Source: an uncultured Candidatus Binatia bacterium (GTDB lineage: Bacteria; Desulfobacterota; Binatia; UBA9968; JAJDTQ01). Taken from it: a stretch of 64,000 nt of DNA. A program made the position numbers and the translations under genes. The notes below the pieces were generated by a model. It was not told where the DNA came from and ran no database searches. It saw only the letters and a program-made list of their open reading frames with translations. Shown here one piece after another: positions 49,039 through 58,691 of the stretch (position 1 is the first letter of the stretch; every line of letters starts with the position of its first letter). The DNA lies in NCBI GenBank assembly GCA_965242525.1, contig OZ251459.1, positions 2,432,001 to 2,496,000 on the forward strand, in the 5' to 3' direction.

Positions 49039-49491
49039 ATGTTTCGAGGCAGATACGAGCATACGGTCGATACCAAGGGGCGCTTGAGCATTCCGGCCAA
49101 GTATCGGGAAGTCCTCCTGGGCAAGGATGACGAACGGCTCATCATTACAAATTTCGTCATCGACTCCAAGCGTTGCCTCGACGTCTATCCCCTGGACGCG
49201 TGGCGTTCCCTGGAGGAGGCGGCGGACGCGAAGCCCCAGTTCGACCCCCGCATGGCGGCGTTCCAGAACTATTACATGAGCGGGGCAAAGGAATGCACGC
49301 TGGACCCCCACGGGCGCATACTCATCCCGCCCGAGCTGCGGCAGCACGCCGGCCTGAAGCGCGACGTGATGCTGGTGTCCGCGGGCAAGAAGTTCCGCAT
49401 CTGGGACAAGGACGCCTGGCAGGCGGTGTTCACGGGAGCGGAAGCGCAACTCATGGAAGACCCGGGCTTCTTCGCGGACCTCGGGTTGTGA
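49039..49491 (+). CDS. mraZ: transcriptional regulator MraZ
   Basis: MFRGRYEHTVDTKGRLSIP, LDPHGRILIP. Confidence 0.95.
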   Translation: MFRGRYEHTVDTKGRLSIPAKYREVLLGKDDERLIITNFVIDSKRCLDVYPLDAWRSLEEAADAKPQFDPRMAAFQNYYMSGAKECTLDPHGRILIPPELRQHAGLKRDVMLVSAGKKFRIWDKDAWQAVFTGAEAQLMEDPGFFADLGL

Positions 49492-49528
49492 GTCCGGGCA
49501 CAGAGACACCGAAGGAAAGGAGCGACCC

Positions 49529-49897
49529 ATGATCGGACTCGACAGGAAGGCCATCCAGGACATTGCCGTCATCGACGTGAGCGGCGACATCGACCTCGGC
49601 GAAGCGGTGCGGATCAAGCAGATGATCGGGGACTTGATCGAGAAGGAGCGTCCGAGGGTCATCCTCAACCTCAAGGCGGTGGACTGGATCAACCACCTGG
49701 GCATCGGCGTGCTGCGGGAGCGCCTGCGGCTCTTGCAGGCCATGAACGGCGACCTCAAGCTCTCCGGCATGAGCCCCTACCTGAGGGACGTCTTCAGGAT
49801 CGTGGGCATGGACGGGGCCTTCGAGTTCTACCCCTCGCTGGACGAGGCCATCCAGAGCTTCGACGACGACTGGGACGGGTCCGCGACCTGCCATTGA
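49529..49897 (+). CDS. STAS-domain (anti-anti-sigma-like) protein
   Basis: VIDVSGDID, VILNLKAVDWI..GIGVL, GDLKL..YLRDVFRIVG. Confidence 0.85.
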   Translation: MIGLDRKAIQDIAVIDVSGDIDLGEAVRIKQMIGDLIEKERPRVILNLKAVDWINHLGIGVLRERLRLLQAMNGDLKLSGMSPYLRDVFRIVGMDGAFEFYPSLDEAIQSFDDDWDGSATCH

Positions 49898-49909
49898 GCG
49901 GTGGGCTCC

Positions 49910-50860
49910 ATGAGCTACGCACACCGGCCCGTCATGCTCCGCGAGGCGCTGGAGCTCCTCGCGCCCCGGCCGTCGCGGAGGTATCTCGACGCCACCGTGG
50001 GCGGGGGCGGGCACGCCCGGGAGATACTGCGCCGGTCGTCCCCGGACGGGGCGCTGCTGGGCCTCGACTGGGACGACCGGGCCATCGACGCCGCGGGGCG
50101 CGCGCTGGCCCGCTTCGGCGAGCGGGCGGTCCTGCGCCGCTCGGAGTTCACCCGGGCCCGGGAGGTCCTGGACCAGGTGGGTTGGCCGGGAGTGGACGGC
50201 GTGCTGCTGGACCTGGGCCTGTCCTCCCACCACCTGGACGCGCCGGAGCGGGGTTTCGGTTTCCTCGGCGACGCCCGCCTCGACATGCGCATGGACCGGC
50301 GCCGCCCGGTGGACGCCCGGGAGATCGTGAACACCCTGCCGGTGCGGGACCTGGAGAAAGTCATCCGGGACTTCGGCGAAGAGCCCCGGGCCCGCCGCAT
50401 CGCGTTGGCCATCGACGCGCAGCGTCGAAGGGGCGCCATCGAGACCACCCGGACGCTGGCGGAGACCGTGGCCCGGGCCCTGGGCGCAGCCGGACGACGG
50501 CGCCCGGGGGCGAGGCCGCGGACCCACCCGGCCACCCGGACGTTCCAGGCCGTGCGCATCGCGGTGAACCGGGAGTTGGAGAACCTGGAGTCGTTCCTGG
50601 GGTCGGCCTACGAGCTGCTGCGCGCCGGGGGGCGTCTCGTGATCATCTCGTTCCATTCGCTGGAGGACAGGCTGGTGAAGCGCGCGTTCCGGAAGTGGGG
50701 CCGGGACTGCCTCTGCCCGCCCCGGATCCCCGGCTGCGTCTGCGGCTGGGACCGGAAGGCCACCGCCCTCACCCGCAAGCCGCGGGTGCCCACCAGCGAG
50801 GAGGTGGAAGTCAACCCCAGGGCCCGCTCGGCCAGGCTCCGGGCGGTGGAGAGGATCTAG
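49910..50860 (+). CDS. rsmH: 16S rRNA m4C1402 methyltransferase
   Basis: HRPVM, DATVGGGGHA, DLGLSS, HPATRTFQAVRIAVNRE, ISFHSLEDR, NPRARSARLR. Confidence 0.96.
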   Translation: MSYAHRPVMLREALELLAPRPSRRYLDATVGGGGHAREILRRSSPDGALLGLDWDDRAIDAAGRALARFGERAVLRRSEFTRAREVLDQVGWPGVDGVLLDLGLSSHHLDAPERGFGFLGDARLDMRMDRRRPVDAREIVNTLPVRDLEKVIRDFGEEPRARRIALAIDAQRRRGAIETTRTLAETVARALGAAGRRRPGARPRTHPATRTFQAVRIAVNRELENLESFLGSAYELLRAGGRLVIISFHSLEDRLVKRAFRKWGRDCLCPPRIPGCVCGWDRKATALTRKPRVPTSEEVEVNPRARSARLRAVERI

Positions 50861-50921
50861 CGCCCCGGGCGGGCGCAGGGTCCCGGCGGCGCCGGGCTCC
50901 GCTCCGTCCCCGGCGCGACCC

Positions 50922-51284
50922 GTGAGACGAAACATGAGGGCCTCCCGAAGAAGACCCGATCCGACCCCGTACCTCCCCGGTCTGCGGCAGGCCGCCGGAC
51001 CCCCGGAGCCCCGGCGGCACGTGTTCCTCCCGGTGGCGCTGAGCGTCCTGCTGGCGGCGTTGGCGCTGCTGCTGGTCTGGCAGCGCCTGCGCGTGGTGCA
51101 ACTCGGGTACGTGCTTTCCAGCGCCACCAAGCTGGAGCGCCGGTTGGAGCAGAAGAACCGCGAGTTGAAGATCGAGTTGGCGACGTTGACCGCGCCCGAG
51201 CGCCTGGAGTCCATGGCCCGGGAGCGGCTCGGGCTCCAGGAGCCCCACGCGAAACAGTTGGTGGAGTTGGGGGCGCTGCCGTGA
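50922..51284 (+). CDS. ftsL: cell division protein FtsL
   Basis: TM helix plus coiled coil, APERLESMARERLGL; between rsmH and ftsI; start uncertain. Confidence 0.85.
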   Translation: MRRNMRASRRRPDPTPYLPGLRQAAGPPEPRRHVFLPVALSVLLAALALLLVWQRLRVVQLGYVLSSATKLERRLEQKNRELKIELATLTAPERLESMARERLGLQEPHAKQLVELGALP

Positions 51285-53230
51285 AGAAGGACGAGGAACG
51301 GGAACGGCGGCCGTCCACGCTTCGGCTGCGCCTGGCCGGCGGCCTGCTGCTGGCCCTGCTGCTGGCGGTGGCGGTCCGGGCCGTCCATCTCCAGGCGTTC
51401 GAGGGCGCGAAGCTGGCGCGCATGGCGGAGAAGCAGCACCTCCAGGAGTTGACCGTGGCGCCCAAGCGCGGCTCCATCGTCAGCCGCAACGGCCAGCCGC
51501 TGGCCATCAGCATCGAGGCCCAGTCGGTGTACGTGAGGCCCCGGCGCATGAGCGCCGCCGCGGACGCGGCCCCGGAGATCGCCCGGGCCCTGGACCTGGA
51601 ACGCCGGGAGGTGCTCCGCAAGGTCGCCTCCGACAAGCCCTTCGTGTGGCTCAAGCGGCAAGTGACGCCGCGCGAGGCCGAACGGGTCAGGGCCCTCGAC
51701 CTCGAGGGCGTGGGCCTGCACCACGAGACCAGGCGCTACTATCCGCAGGGCCACCTTGCCGGACAGGCCCTGGGCCCGGTGGGAAGGGACGCCCAGGGGC
51801 TGGAGGGGATCGAGCAGAGCTACGACCGCTACATCCGCGGCCGGACCCGCTCTTCGCTGGTGGAACGGGACGCGCTGGGCCGCCGGGTCATGGTGGCGGG
51901 GGTGGACGACCTCCAGAGCCGGCCCGGGGCCGAGGTGCGGCTGACCCTGGACACCACCCTGCAGCACCTGGCCGAAAAGCACCTGGAAGCCGCGGTGAAG
52001 CAGTTCCGCGCCAAGGGGGGCGCAGTGGTGATGGTGGACCCGTCCACCGGCGCGGTCCTGGCCCTGGCCAGCTACCCGTTCTTCGACCCCAACCGGTTCG
52101 GTTCCCAGGACCGGGACCGGTGGCGCATCCGCGCGGTCACGGACACCTACGAGCCGGGCTCGGTCTTCAAGGCGGTGCTGGCCGCGGCCGCCCTGGAAGA
52201 CGGAGTGGCCGCCCCCGAGGACCCGATCTTCTGCGAGTTGGGCCGCTACCGGTACGGCGGACGCACCATCCACGACTTCAAGGAATACGGCTGGCTGTCG
52301 TTCGCCCAGGTGCTCCACCTCTCCAGCAACATCGGCGTGGTCAAGGTGGCCCACAACCTCGGGAAGGCGCGGTACCACCGTTACATCCAGCGTTTCGGCT
52401 TCGGCCGGAAGACCGGGATCGATCTTCCCGGGGAGGCGTCCGGCACGGTGCGGCCGCACCGCCAGTGGTACGCCATCGACCTTGCCGCGGCTTCCTTCGG
52501 GCAGTCCATCGCCGTGACCCCCATGCAGATGGTCATGGCCTTCTCGGCCATCGCCAACGGCGGCCTGCTGCTGAAGCCTTACGTGGTGGAGCAGGTGTCG
52601 GGGGAGGACGGCCAAGTGCTGTTGCGGAACGGGCGCAAGGTGGTGCGGCGGGTGGTCTCCAGGGCCACCGCCCGCACGGTGGCGGACATGCTGAAGGGCG
52701 TGGTGGCCGAGGGCGGCACCGGCGCCGGGGCGGCTCTCGCGGGGTTCGAGGCGGCGGGCAAGACCGGCACGTCCCAGAAGGCCGACACGGTCAAAGGCGG
52801 CTATTCCGAGACCGGGCGGGTGGCCTCGTTCGTGGGCTTCGCACCCGCGCACGAGCCCCGTTTCGTCCTCCTGACCCTGGTGGACGAGCCCACGGTCAGC
52901 GTCTATGGGGGCGTGGTCGCGGCGCCGCTGTTCCGCCGCATCGCCGGTCCCGCCCTGCACGCCATGGGAGCGGCTCCGAGCCGGACGCTGCCGCCGCCGG
53001 CGCTGCCGGGCAAGGACGGCGGCATCCTGCGGGTGTCCCGGACGGACCCCGGGGGCCGGAAGAAGGGCCGCGGCGACGGCCCCGGCAGCCTGGTGGGCCT
53101 GAGCATGCGCGAGGCCGTGGCCAGGGCCAAGGAACTGGGGTTCTCCGTGGTCCTCCAAGGCCACGGCTACGTGGTGGAACAGCGCGCCGACGGCGACCGC
53201 GGCCGTCTGGTGCTGAAGTTGAAGGACTGA
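51281..53230 (+). CDS. ftsI: division transpeptidase PBP3
   Basis: RGSIVSRNG, GLEGIE, EPGSVFK, SSN, GKTGTSQK. Confidence 0.95.
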   Translation: MKKDEERERRPSTLRLRLAGGLLLALLLAVAVRAVHLQAFEGAKLARMAEKQHLQELTVAPKRGSIVSRNGQPLAISIEAQSVYVRPRRMSAAADAAPEIARALDLERREVLRKVASDKPFVWLKRQVTPREAERVRALDLEGVGLHHETRRYYPQGHLAGQALGPVGRDAQGLEGIEQSYDRYIRGRTRSSLVERDALGRRVMVAGVDDLQSRPGAEVRLTLDTTLQHLAEKHLEAAVKQFRAKGGAVVMVDPSTGAVLALASYPFFDPNRFGSQDRDRWRIRAVTDTYEPGSVFKAVLAAAALEDGVAAPEDPIFCELGRYRYGGRTIHDFKEYGWLSFAQVLHLSSNIGVVKVAHNLGKARYHRYIQRFGFGRKTGIDLPGEASGTVRPHRQWYAIDLAAASFGQSIAVTPMQMVMAFSAIANGGLLLKPYVVEQVSGEDGQVLLRNGRKVVRRVVSRATARTVADMLKGVVAEGGTGAGAALAGFEAAGKTGTSQKADTVKGGYSETGRVASFVGFAPAHEPRFVLLTLVDEPTVSVYGGVVAAPLFRRIAGPALHAMGAAPSRTLPPPALPGKDGGILRVSRTDPGGRKKGRGDGPGSLVGLSMREAVARAKELGFSVVLQGHGYVVEQRADGDRGRLVLKLKD

Positions 53231-53235
53231 AGTCG

Positions 53236-54774
53236 ATGCTGCTCCGGGAACTCCTGCACGCGCCGGACGTCCGGGACGAAAGCGGCCCGCTGGAACGTCC
53301 CGTCCGGGGACTCGCCTGCGATTCCCGCAGGGTCGAGGACGGCTACGCCTTCTTCGCCCTGCCGGGACGGCTCGCCGACGGCCACGACTTCGTGGGCGAC
53401 GCGGTGGACCGGGGGGCCGCGGCCGTGGTGGTGGAGCGGCCGGTCCCGGCCCCGCCCGAGGCCGCCTGCGTCCGGGTGTCCGACACCCGGCGGGCCATGG
53501 CCCACGCGGCCGCGGCGTTCTTCGGGCGTCCGAGCCGCGGCTTGGTGCTGGTGGGGGTCACCGGCACCAACGGCAAGACCACGGTGACCTACCTGCTGGA
53601 GTCCATCTTCACCGCGGCCGGCGGTCCGTGCGGGGTCATCGGCACCATCGAGCAGCGTTACGGCGAGTGGCGGCGGCCTTCGCCCCTGACCACTCCCGAG
53701 TCCATCGACATCGAGGAGCTGCTGTCCGACATGGCGCGCGCGGGCGTGCGGTTCGTGGCCATGGAGGTCTCCTCCCACGCCCTGGACATGCACCGGGCGC
53801 ACGGCCTGGACTTCGACTGCGCGGTCTTCACCAACCTCTCCCGCGACCACCTGGACTACCACCGGGACATGGAGGCCTACTTCCTCAGCAAGGCGCGGTT
53901 GTTCACGGACTGCCTGCCCGCCAGCGTCAAGGACCGGCGGGTGGCGGTGGTCAACGCCGACGACCCACGGGGACCCGGGTTGATGCGTCTCGCCGAGGAC
54001 GCGGGGGTCGAAGCCCTCGCCTACGGCCGGTCCCCCCGATGGGACGTCCATCCCCTCGACTACGAGAGCGGCATGGAAGGCTTGCGGGGGACCCTCCGAT
54101 GCGGACCCCGGCGCATCGAGTTCGAGTCCCCGCTCGTGGGCGAGCCGAACCTGGAGAACGTCCTGGCCGCGGCCGGCGCCGCGTGGGCGCTGGGGGTGGA
54201 AGCGGACGCCATCGCCGCGGGGATCTCGCGTCTCCAACGGGTGCCGGGCCGCCTGGAGCGGGTCCCCAACGGCCTGGGGATCACCCTGGTGGTGGACTAT
54301 GCGCATACGCCGGACGCGCTGGCCAGGGCCGCCCGCACCCTGCGTACGCTCACCCGCGCGAGGCTGGTCACGGTGTTCGGCTGCGGCGGCGACCGGGACC
54401 CGGGGAAGCGCCCGGTCATGGGCGAGGCCGCCGCGGGGGAAAGCGACTGTGTGGTGCTCACCTCCGACAACCCGCGGAGCGAGGACCCGCTGGAGATCAT
54501 CCGCGGCATCGAGGAGGGGGTCCTGCGCAGCGGCATGACCCGGCGCCGGGGCCCGGCGGCCGCGGGAGAGGCCGGATACCGGGTGGAGCCGGACCGGCGC
54601 GCAGCCATCCGCATGGGCATTGCGCTGGCGGCCCCGGGGGACGTGGTGCTGGTGGCCGGCAAGGGCCACGAAGACTACCAGATCCTGGGGGACCGGAGGA
54701 TCGATTTCGACGACCGCCAGGTGCTGCGGGAAGAGTTGGAGCGCGTAGGCGGGCTGGACCGGGCCTGCGGTTGA
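53236..54774 (+). CDS. murE: UDP-MurNAc-tripeptide synthetase
   Basis: GVTGTNGKTT, MEVSSH, DHLDYH, VDYAHTPD, FGCGGDRD, DNPR. Confidence 0.96.
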   Translation: MLLRELLHAPDVRDESGPLERPVRGLACDSRRVEDGYAFFALPGRLADGHDFVGDAVDRGAAAVVVERPVPAPPEAACVRVSDTRRAMAHAAAAFFGRPSRGLVLVGVTGTNGKTTVTYLLESIFTAAGGPCGVIGTIEQRYGEWRRPSPLTTPESIDIEELLSDMARAGVRFVAMEVSSHALDMHRAHGLDFDCAVFTNLSRDHLDYHRDMEAYFLSKARLFTDCLPASVKDRRVAVVNADDPRGPGLMRLAEDAGVEALAYGRSPRWDVHPLDYESGMEGLRGTLRCGPRRIEFESPLVGEPNLENVLAAAGAAWALGVEADAIAAGISRLQRVPGRLERVPNGLGITLVVDYAHTPDALARAARTLRTLTRARLVTVFGCGGDRDPGKRPVMGEAAAGESDCVVLTSDNPRSEDPLEIIRGIEEGVLRSGMTRRRGPAAAGEAGYRVEPDRRAAIRMGIALAAPGDVVLVAGKGHEDYQILGDRRIDFDDRQVLREELERVGGLDRACG

Positions 54775-54811
54775 GGGAGGTCCGGTCGGGTTCCCGGTTA
54801 CGAGACGCCCC

Positions 54812-56209
54812 ATGGAGTGGACCATCGAAGAGTTGGCGCGAGCCGCCAAGGGGACCATCGTGCAGCGCGGCGCCGCGGGCAGGTTCGGCCACGTCAGCAC
54901 GGACTCGCGTCAGGTGCGCGAGGACGGCGTGTTCGTGGCCCTCCGGGGAGAGGTCCGGGACGGCCACGCCTTCGCGGCCGAAGCGGTGCGCCGGGGCGGC
55001 GGTTGCCTCGTGGTGGACCGGGACGTGCGCGGCCCGGCCCGGGTGTCGGTGGTCCGCGTGCGCGACACCCTGCGGGCGCTGGGGGACATGGCCCATTTCC
55101 ACCGTCGGAAGCTGGCGCCCCGGGTGTTGGCCATCACCGGCTCCAACGGGAAGACCACCACCAAGGAGATGCTCTTCTCGATCCTGCAGCGCGCGCGCGT
55201 GGAGGACCGTCCGTTGCGCGGAAAGGTGCTGAAGACCGAGGGCAACTACAACAACCTGGTGGGCCTGCCGCTGACGTTGCTGCGCCTTCGGGGGAACGAA
55301 CGCGCCGCGGTGGTGGAGTTGGGCACCAGCCGCCCGGGGGAGATCCGGCGGCTCACGGCCATCGCCGACCCGGACTTGGCCCTGGTCACCTCGGTGGCCC
55401 CGGCGCACCTTTCCGGGCTGGGGACCCTCGCCGGAGTGGCCCGGGAGAAGGGGGCCCTGTTCCGGGGCATGAGTCCGCGCGGCGCCGCGGTGGTGAACCT
55501 GGACGACGAGCGGGTGGCGCGGCAGGGCCGGAGCTTCGAGGGCCGGGTGGTGACCTACGGCGCCCGCGGGTTCGTTCGCGGCGAGGACCCGGAGACGCTC
55601 CCCGGCGGCCGGCTGCGCTTCCACCTTCGGGTGGGCCGGGTGCGGCAGCCGGTGCGCCTGCGCCTGTGCGGCGCGCACAACGTGGGGAACGCAGTGGGGG
55701 CCGCGGCCATGGCCCACGCCTTCGGCGCGGACGCGGCCGCCATAAGGAAAGGCCTGGAGGCGGTGCGGCCCGCGCCCATGCGCATGCAGGTGGAGCGCCG
55801 GCGCGGCGTCGGCTTCATCAACGACGCCTACAACGCCAACCCGGCCTCCATGGAGGCGGCGCTGGCGGCGTTGCAGGCGGTCCCCGGACGCGGACGGAAG
55901 ATCGCCGTGCTGGGGGACATGCTGGAGCTGGGCAGGGACGAGGCGGCCTGCCACCGCCGGCTCGGAGCGGCCGCGGCGGGCTCCGGCCTGGACGCCCTCT
56001 ACCTGTTGGGCCGCTTCGCCCGGGACACCCGGCAGGGCGCCCTGGATTCGGGCATGCGCCGGTCGCTGGTGCGGGTGGGGGCGAGCCACGGGAAGCTTGC
56101 GGCGGAACTCCGCGGCGCGCTTCGCAAGGGCGACTGGGTGCTGGTCAAGGGTTCCCGGGGCGCGGCCATGGAAAGGGTCCTGGCCGCCCTGGACGACGAA
56201 GGAGCGTAG
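54812..56209 (+). CDS. murF: UDP-MurNAc-tripeptide--D-Ala-D-Ala ligase
   Basis: ITGSNGKTTTKEM, GNYNNLVG, NDAYNANP, LGDMLELG, VKGSRG. Confidence 0.96.
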   Translation: MEWTIEELARAAKGTIVQRGAAGRFGHVSTDSRQVREDGVFVALRGEVRDGHAFAAEAVRRGGGCLVVDRDVRGPARVSVVRVRDTLRALGDMAHFHRRKLAPRVLAITGSNGKTTTKEMLFSILQRARVEDRPLRGKVLKTEGNYNNLVGLPLTLLRLRGNERAAVVELGTSRPGEIRRLTAIADPDLALVTSVAPAHLSGLGTLAGVAREKGALFRGMSPRGAAVVNLDDERVARQGRSFEGRVVTYGARGFVRGEDPETLPGGRLRFHLRVGRVRQPVRLRLCGAHNVGNAVGAAAMAHAFGADAAAIRKGLEAVRPAPMRMQVERRRGVGFINDAYNANPASMEAALAALQAVPGRGRKIAVLGDMLELGRDEAACHRRLGAAAAGSGLDALYLLGRFARDTRQGALDSGMRRSLVRVGASHGKLAAELRGALRKGDWVLVKGSRGAAMERVLAALDDEGA

Positions 56210-56213
56210 CCCG

Positions 56214-57290
56214 GTGCTGTACCTCTTGCTGTTGCCCCTGTACCCGGCGTTCCCGGTCTTCAACGTGTTCCGCTACATCACGTTCCGCGCGGCCCTGGCC
56301 GCGCTGGTGTCGCTGTTGCTGTCGCTGGTCATCGGCCCCTACCTCATCCGCGCCCTGAAGGACTGGCAGATCGGGCAGCCGGTCCGGGACGACGGTCCGG
56401 CCCGCCACGCCGGAAAGGCCGGCACCCCCACCATGGGCGGGGCCCTGATCGTGCTCTCCCTGGTGCTCTCCACCCTGCTGGTGGGGGACGTCACCAACGT
56501 CTATGTGCTGGTGGTGCTGGCGGTGACCGTGGGGTTCGCCGCCATCGGCTTCGTGGACGACTGCCTGAAGCTCAGGAGCAAGAGCAGCAAGGGGCTGGGC
56601 ATGTGGGGCAAGCTGCTCCCCCAGGTGGCGGTGGCCGCCGCGGCCGCGGTGGCCCTCTACCTGGACGGGGACTTCAGCAGCACCCTGGCGGTCCCCTTCT
56701 TCAAGAACGTGCAGCCGGACCTGGGGGTCTGGTACGTCCCGTTCGCGGTGGTGGTGATCGTGGGGGCCTCCAACGCGGTGAACCTGACGGACGGCCTGGA
56801 CGGGCTGGCCATCGGCCCCATCATGACCGCGGCGGCCACCTATGCCCTGATCGTCTATCTGGCGGGCCACGTGCGGTTCGCCGAGTACCTCCAGATACCC
56901 TACGTGTCGCGGGTGGGCGAGTTGTCGGTGTTCTGCGCCGCCATGGCGGCCGCGGGCCTGGGCTTCCTCTGGTTCAACGCCTATCCCGCGCAGATGTTCA
57001 TGGGGGACGTGGGTTCGCTGGGGTTGGGAGCGGCCCTGGGCATCGTCGCGGTGGTGAGCAAGAACGAGATCCTGCTGGCGGTGGTGGGGGGGATCTTCGT
57101 GCTGGAGGCCCTGTCCGTGGTCATCCAGGTGGCCTCCTACAAACTGCGCGGCAAGCGGGTCTTCCTCATGGCCCCCTTCCACCACCACTACGAGCTCAAG
57201 GGCTGGCCGGAGCCGCAGATCATCGTGCGGTTCTGGATCGTGTCGATCATCTGCGCGCTGTTCGCGCTGAGCACGCTGAAGCTGCGCTGA
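56214..57290 (+). CDS. mraY: phospho-MurNAc-pentapeptide translocase
   Basis: KAGTPTMGG, NAVNLTDGLDGL, FMGDVGS, MAPFHHHYE. Confidence 0.97.
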   Translation: MLYLLLLPLYPAFPVFNVFRYITFRAALAALVSLLLSLVIGPYLIRALKDWQIGQPVRDDGPARHAGKAGTPTMGGALIVLSLVLSTLLVGDVTNVYVLVVLAVTVGFAAIGFVDDCLKLRSKSSKGLGMWGKLLPQVAVAAAAAVALYLDGDFSSTLAVPFFKNVQPDLGVWYVPFAVVVIVGASNAVNLTDGLDGLAIGPIMTAAATYALIVYLAGHVRFAEYLQIPYVSRVGELSVFCAAMAAAGLGFLWFNAYPAQMFMGDVGSLGLGAALGIVAVVSKNEILLAVVGGIFVLEALSVVIQVASYKLRGKRVFLMAPFHHHYELKGWPEPQIIVRFWIVSIICALFALSTLKLR

Positions 57291-57293
57291 GGG

Positions 57294-58691
57294 ATGGACG
57301 GATGGTCGGCGGTGGAGCGCAGGGCGGAGGCGCCGGGAACCGGCGCGAGACCGGAGATGGACGTCGAAGGCAGGAAGGTCATGGTGGTCGGCCTGGCGCG
57401 GACGGGCCTGGCCGCGGCGCGGTTCCTTGCGCGCCGGGGCGCGCGGGTGGTGGCGGTGGACGCCCGTGAGGAAGCGCGCATGTCCGAGGCCCGGAGCGAA
57501 CTGTCGCGGTTGCCGGTGACCTGCCGTTTCGGGCGGGAGGAGACCCGGTGGCTCGACGGCGTGGAAGCGGTGGTGCCGAGCCCCGGAGTGCCGAAGGAGA
57601 ACCCGTTGCTGGCGGAAGCCGCCCTTCGGGGCATCGAAGTGCTGAGCGAGGTCGAGTTGGCGGCGCGGTGCGGCCGCACCCCGCTGGCGGCCATTACCGG
57701 CACCAACGGGAAGACCACCACCACGCGGCTGCTGGGGGAGATCCTCGGGGCCGCGGGACTGCGGGTCTTCGTGGGCGGCAACATCGGCGCCCCCCTCATC
57801 GACTTCGTGGACGGGGACTGGGACTGGGGCGTGGCGGAAGTGAGCAGCTTCCAACTGGAATGGGTGCGGGACTTCCGCCCCCGGGTGGCCCTCTGCCTCA
57901 ACCTGAGCGAGGACCACCTGGACCGTTACGACGGACTGTCGAGCTACGGCGCGGCCAAGGCGAGGATATTCGCCGCCCAGGGGCCGGACGACACGGCGGT
58001 GCTGAACCGGGACGACCCCTGGGTCTGGGGCCTGCGCCGGGAGCTCCGCGCCCGGGTGGTCTCCTTCGGCTGGTCGGAGACGGACTGGGGAGCGTTCGTG
58101 GACGGGGACGAAGTGGTCTGGCGCGGCCCGGGGACGGAAGAACGGTTCCCCCTGCGGGACGTGCGGCTGCGCGGGGTCCACAACGTCGAGAACCTCATGG
58201 CCGCGGTGTGCGCGGCCAAGGCAGTGGGCGTGGCGGGACGCCACGTCCGGGAGGCGGCCCGGCGGTTTCCCGGCGTCGAGCACCGGCTGGAGTTCGTGCG
58301 GGAGCTCGGGGGAGTGCGCTACTACAACGATTCCAAGGGCACCAACGTGGGCGCGGTGCGGAAGTCCCTGGCGAGTTTCGACGAGCCCGTGGTGCTGATC
58401 GCCGGCGGGGTGCACAAGGGAGGCGCCTACGGCCCCCTGGCGCCGCTGGTGCGGGAGCGCGTGCGGAAGCTGGTCCTGTTGGGGGCTTCCGCGGAACTGA
58501 TGAACGAGTCCCTGGGAGCGCTGACGGACACGGTCATGGTGGACGGTCTCGACGCCGCGGTGCGGGAAGCCCGGACGGCCGCCCGGGCCGGCGACGTGGT
58601 GCTGTTGTCGCCGGCGTGCTCGAGCTTCGACATGTTCGAGAGCTACGCCGAGCGGGGCCGCCTGTTCAAGGAGTTGGTGCAGGCCCTATGA
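57294..58691 (+). CDS. murD: UDP-MurNAc-L-Ala--D-Glu ligase
   Basis: GLARTG, ITGTNGKTTT, EVSSFQLE, DHLDRY, NDSKGTN, SPACSSFD; start may be 57357. Confidence 0.96.
   Translation: MDGWSAVERRAEAPGTGARPEMDVEGRKVMVVGLARTGLAAARFLARRGARVVAVDAREEARMSEARSELSRLPVTCRFGREETRWLDGVEAVVPSPGVPKENPLLAEAALRGIEVLSEVELAARCGRTPLAAITGTNGKTTTTRLLGEILGAAGLRVFVGGNIGAPLIDFVDGDWDWGVAEVSSFQLEWVRDFRPRVALCLNLSEDHLDRYDGLSSYGAAKARIFAAQGPDDTAVLNRDDPWVWGLRRELRARVVSFGWSETDWGAFVDGDEVVWRGPGTEERFPLRDVRLRGVHNVENLMAAVCAAKAVGVAGRHVREAARRFPGVEHRLEFVRELGGVRYYNDSKGTNVGAVRKSLASFDEPVVLIAGGVHKGGAYGPLAPLVRERVRKLVLLGASAELMNESLGALTDTVMVDGLDAAVREARTAARAGDVVLLSPACSSFDMFESYAERGRLFKELVQAL

Noticed and set aside
49451-53164. Very long antisense/alternative-frame ORFs (also 16112-18910, 34876-37758, 45170-47725 and similar)
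   Set aside because: Shadow ORFs caused by high GC3 opposite well-supported genes; no recognisable motifs.
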